The notes beneath the pieces are model-generated. The model made no database searches. It was given only the letters and a program-made list of their open reading frames with translations, and was not told the origin of the DNA. Below, piece by piece: positions 60,501 to 64,000 of a stretch of DNA of 64,000 bases. The number at the start of each line of letters is the position of its first letter. Within the stretch, counting starts at the first letter, position 1. Both the position numbers and the translations under genes were made by a program. Origin of the DNA: Raillietiella orientalis (lineage: Eukaryota); assembly GCA_036172245.1 (NCBI GenBank), contig JAYWIR010000044.1, positions 1,054,001-1,118,000 on the forward strand. The letters are read 5' to 3'.

Positions 60501-63500
60501 GCATCAACTCTTCTATTTATCTGCGGGCAGAGTGATTCCTCGAAAGAGGTAGCCAAGTCACTCGTGTGTGCACTTATTTCCATTGATGCGGCAAGCCCTA
60601 TGATTAAAAATGCCAGTCGTTGTCTTCTGTGCCTCTCCAGGTCAGTGAGGACGAGGTTCCTGAAGACGGCCTCAATATGCAATCCTGCACTGATTGGAAT
60701 TTGAGGGAAAAATTCGATCGTGTGATTGAAGCGGGAATCGAGCGGTGCCCTCAAGGGATGCACACAAAAAACAAATCGCTTGTTTAATAAAATGCAAGGA
60801 GAATTTCTTATAGGCGATTAAATTTCCTCCGAGATGAGGTCGCCAGTGTTTGGTAATTCAGTCAAACTGAAACAACTTTGCTGGAGAATTTCGATTTCTT
60901 TTTTTTTCTTTTTTTCCCTCGAGCATTCCAGGCTTGTATTTCTGAAAGCAGGAACGGTTTCAGGATTGGTGCTTTCCTTGAAAATGTTCCTTCTTCATGG
61001 AAAGATGTGTGCCGCCACTGGTATAACCAAGTCGTCATCAGTGGCCATCATCTGTCCACGAACGCGTTCCTCAAGTTTACGTCGCCACGGCCACTTGGTG
61101 CCGTGGTTTGTTTAATCTTGCCCACTCCTGGAACGGCAAAGCGAAACCAGAGGTCCCGTTAGTTTTTCTCTCTGCCAAGCAACTCTTGAGAAGGCAGAAA
61201 TGCTCAGGTGTCTTCCGACTCTGACCTGTGTCGAGGGCTTAAGCCACCAATGTGTCTTCCTGCCTTGAAGCAACCTGCGACATTTCCTTGAGAGCGTTTT
61301 CCCGGAGCGTGTTGCTCCCATCAACCGAACCAAAAGACTGATGCAGAGGCACTGGCAACTGGGGCTTCAACCGTTCCCACCTGAAAACGGTTGCGCGTGA
61401 TGTCGTTGACGACCACCAGCGTAATAAGTGAATCTGTTTACACTTCTGAGAATTCTCATCTTCATTCTCATTTCCCTCGCCATCAGTGTTCACGGATCGA
61501 ACGATTGGTCACGGTGCAGCCTTAGCAAACAGAGTGCCCATTTTAAAATTCGTATGCAGGGTGTTTGGCGACGTAAATCCCACTCAGCACTGCACGATAA
61601 TCTCTGCCGATCTTGGAGGCTGCAGCGTGCTCTTCGAAAATGAAACGAAAGTGATGAACAAAAAGTTGGTAGTTTGTAATTATCAGATTGCTTTTTTCCT
61701 GAATCCCTGACAGCTGGCAATGCGACTCACAAAAAGGAAGCCCCTCTGCCAAGGAGCCACTGCACTGTCTCTCTCCATAGACTATTTTATATTTGCTGCA
61801 CACATATGCAAAGACACATTCATCATATTTTGTGTTATGTAATGAGATGAAGAACCTCTGCGGAGTACTAAGTGAAAGCCTCTTTCTTGATCCCGATTAC
61901 GATGGCGACTACTTGCTTCTGCTTTCATCCCGAGAACTGCATGCAGATATCTCAATGTGTGTGTGTTGTGGTGTGGAATCTCAAGATGCAGGCGTCCGGT
62001 CAAGTGCTTTCTGTCGGCAGCTCAGAAGCTTGAACGCCTTGGGCCTGCGACCACTTTGAAGTTTTTCCCCTGCGACAGAATAGCGAGTCCCATCGAGAAT
62101 TATATTGAAAAAAAATGTGAAATAAAAAATAGGTACGTTGAAGTGCATGCTGTCGATGAGCACTTACTGACGGGGAATTGCTCTCTTTATCTCGCGTTCT
62201 TGGACAGTGCCAAGAGTCTGCCAAGTAGTGCCAAGAGAGAGTCTTGAAGTGTCTCTAATATTTTCAGCACAGTCTTAAGAACGGTGAATTCCTCTTTATG
62301 CATGTTTTCCTTCAAAAAAAAAAGGAAAAAAAAAAAAAGGGAGGTGTGTGTTGCTCTCCTTCACAACAGATTGTGAACAACACCATTGCAAATGTTAATT
62401 TTTCCATTAGAAGACTGCTCATCGCAGCTGACACAGCACAGCACCCTGCTACGAAAGCATGGATTCAGCATAATCATCATGATTTTCAATTACGCTCTCT
62501 GGAGAGTTTTATTAATTAAAACATCGTCACGTGCAGTAGTGGCTGAGATCAAAATATCGCGAAGGTAAAGTCTGTTACCGGATGAACACTACCGTGCTAT
62601 GGCGTCCTGGATTTATATTGCACGAACTCGGAGGCATCAATTCAGAATCTCGAGCAAGTGAAAAAGCCTTGCACCTGCAGTCCCTACATAAAATAAACTC
62701 ATCTATCCCTTCGCTGCCTCCGATGCCGTCCAAATGCGCTCCCGTTCGAGGAACGAATGTTCGGCAGGAAGCTCTCCGGAGGAAATCGATGTCTCCTCCT
62801 CATTTGTGTACTCAAACGCGGCTTGCGGTTCAGCAATGCCTTTCTTCTTCTTCTACAAGGGAGCGCCAAGCACGCTGCAATCCATTTGAACAAAAGTCGC
62901 CTTGTAAGATTGGGGGCTGCGCATGAAGTGCAGATTTACGAAAATATCCCGGGTTCCCATGAAGATACTGGTGCCATGACATTGCTTGTGCGGGGAAGAC
63001 TTACTGCGGCGCTCTGTTCGCGATAAGCCGGACTTCTAAAAGATAATAGAAGATATGGTCATCGTCGATACATGTGTACGTATCACGAAGATAGTGTATT
63101 CTCAGTGATCCCAACGGGGCACCACTCTGGAAACACGGGGTGTTTTCCCAACATTCACTTCATGCGCAGAAGAAATTTATAAGGCAAAACTTGCGCTTCT
63201 GATCCTCAGGCCGCTGATTAAACGAGAATTCCTTTCCATAGTTCGTACAGAGATACACTAGGTCGGAACATCCGAGTCTCATCAGGGTATAGTTCGCTGA
63301 TGGAAAGAGCGTCCCTTTACCTGGAGGGCAACTAAATCTTGCTGGTCCACGGGGAGCGTCTCCAGACCAGTGAGTTTGAGATCGGCCGGCCGAATCTTGT
63401 GAATTTGCATGCCGTCACTCAAGATCTTCCTGTTCCATTCTTTTCTTGCGTGTGATCGCCTCACCCTCTCACTTGGGTTGCTTTCGCGACGGTCGATGGA

Positions 63501-64000
63501 TGCTCAGCGTTCATCATTCAGGTGGTTTGCGTTGTGGGCTGCCTGTTTGTCGTGTTTTTCCTCTCTAGGTGGCCCGCTTCGCCTTTTGGACGCAGCATCG
63601 GCACGGTCGATTTCTTCATCGCGTCCTGTTCTGAAGACCATGCTTCCTGAAAACACAAGAGTTGGTTTCCTAACGTCGACGACTAGCAGTTCTTGTTCTT
63701 TCTCTGGAGGAGAGTTAGGCAGACACCTTTCTTGTCCAGCTCTTTTCCAGTTCGGGAAAGATGGACTTTACAGCTTGACCTCTGCTGCTGAGTGGCGATT
63801 CGGCGGTCTGTTCGGTTCTCCTGATCCCTTAAGCTCGTTTGTTCCTTCGGTTGAAAGACCCCTTCTTGTTTCCGTTCACAAAGTCCCCTAATCCCATCCC
63901 TCAGATGTCTCTCCTGTCATGCGTTTTTTAAACTCCCTAATTATTCCCGTTCCATTGGATTCCCTCCCTGCTCATTAGGGGTTCTAGAAGCGGATGTGCA

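Noticed and set aside
61700..63900. Short ORFs near the window end
   Set aside because: No recognisable family or consistent splice structure.

Overview
Eukaryotic (animal-like) genomic DNA; no prokaryotic operon, CRISPR array or rRNA is visible. Bases ~1-48.5 kb are a GC-rich graveyard of decayed transposons: about ten 5'-truncated copies of one L1/Tx1-like non-LTR retrotransposon family, a dozen heavily eroded Helitron (Rep/PIF1 helicase) relics, and a ~0.95 kb tRNA-headed SINE-like repeat with internal ~40-bp subrepeats. The one intact gene I can reconstruct is ELP1 (Elongator subunit 1; minus strand 54050-48765, 16 exons, ~1251 aa, 14 of 15 introns only 39-54 nt). Beyond ~52.9 kb the DNA is AT-rich and probably holds another, unidentified multi-exon gene. 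Most notable: (i) two LINE copies of different length sit at essentially the same position inside the SINE-like repeat, and empty alleles are also present, suggesting target-site-specific insertion or a composite element; (ii) an intronless, frameshifted MED14 fragment lies inside one LINE copy with LINE sequence resuming collinearly on both sides; (iii) the LINE family has a structurally conserved 3' stem-loop and a defined, poly(A)-less 3' end. All family assignments are by-eye motif recognition, not database searches; relic boundaries are approximate.
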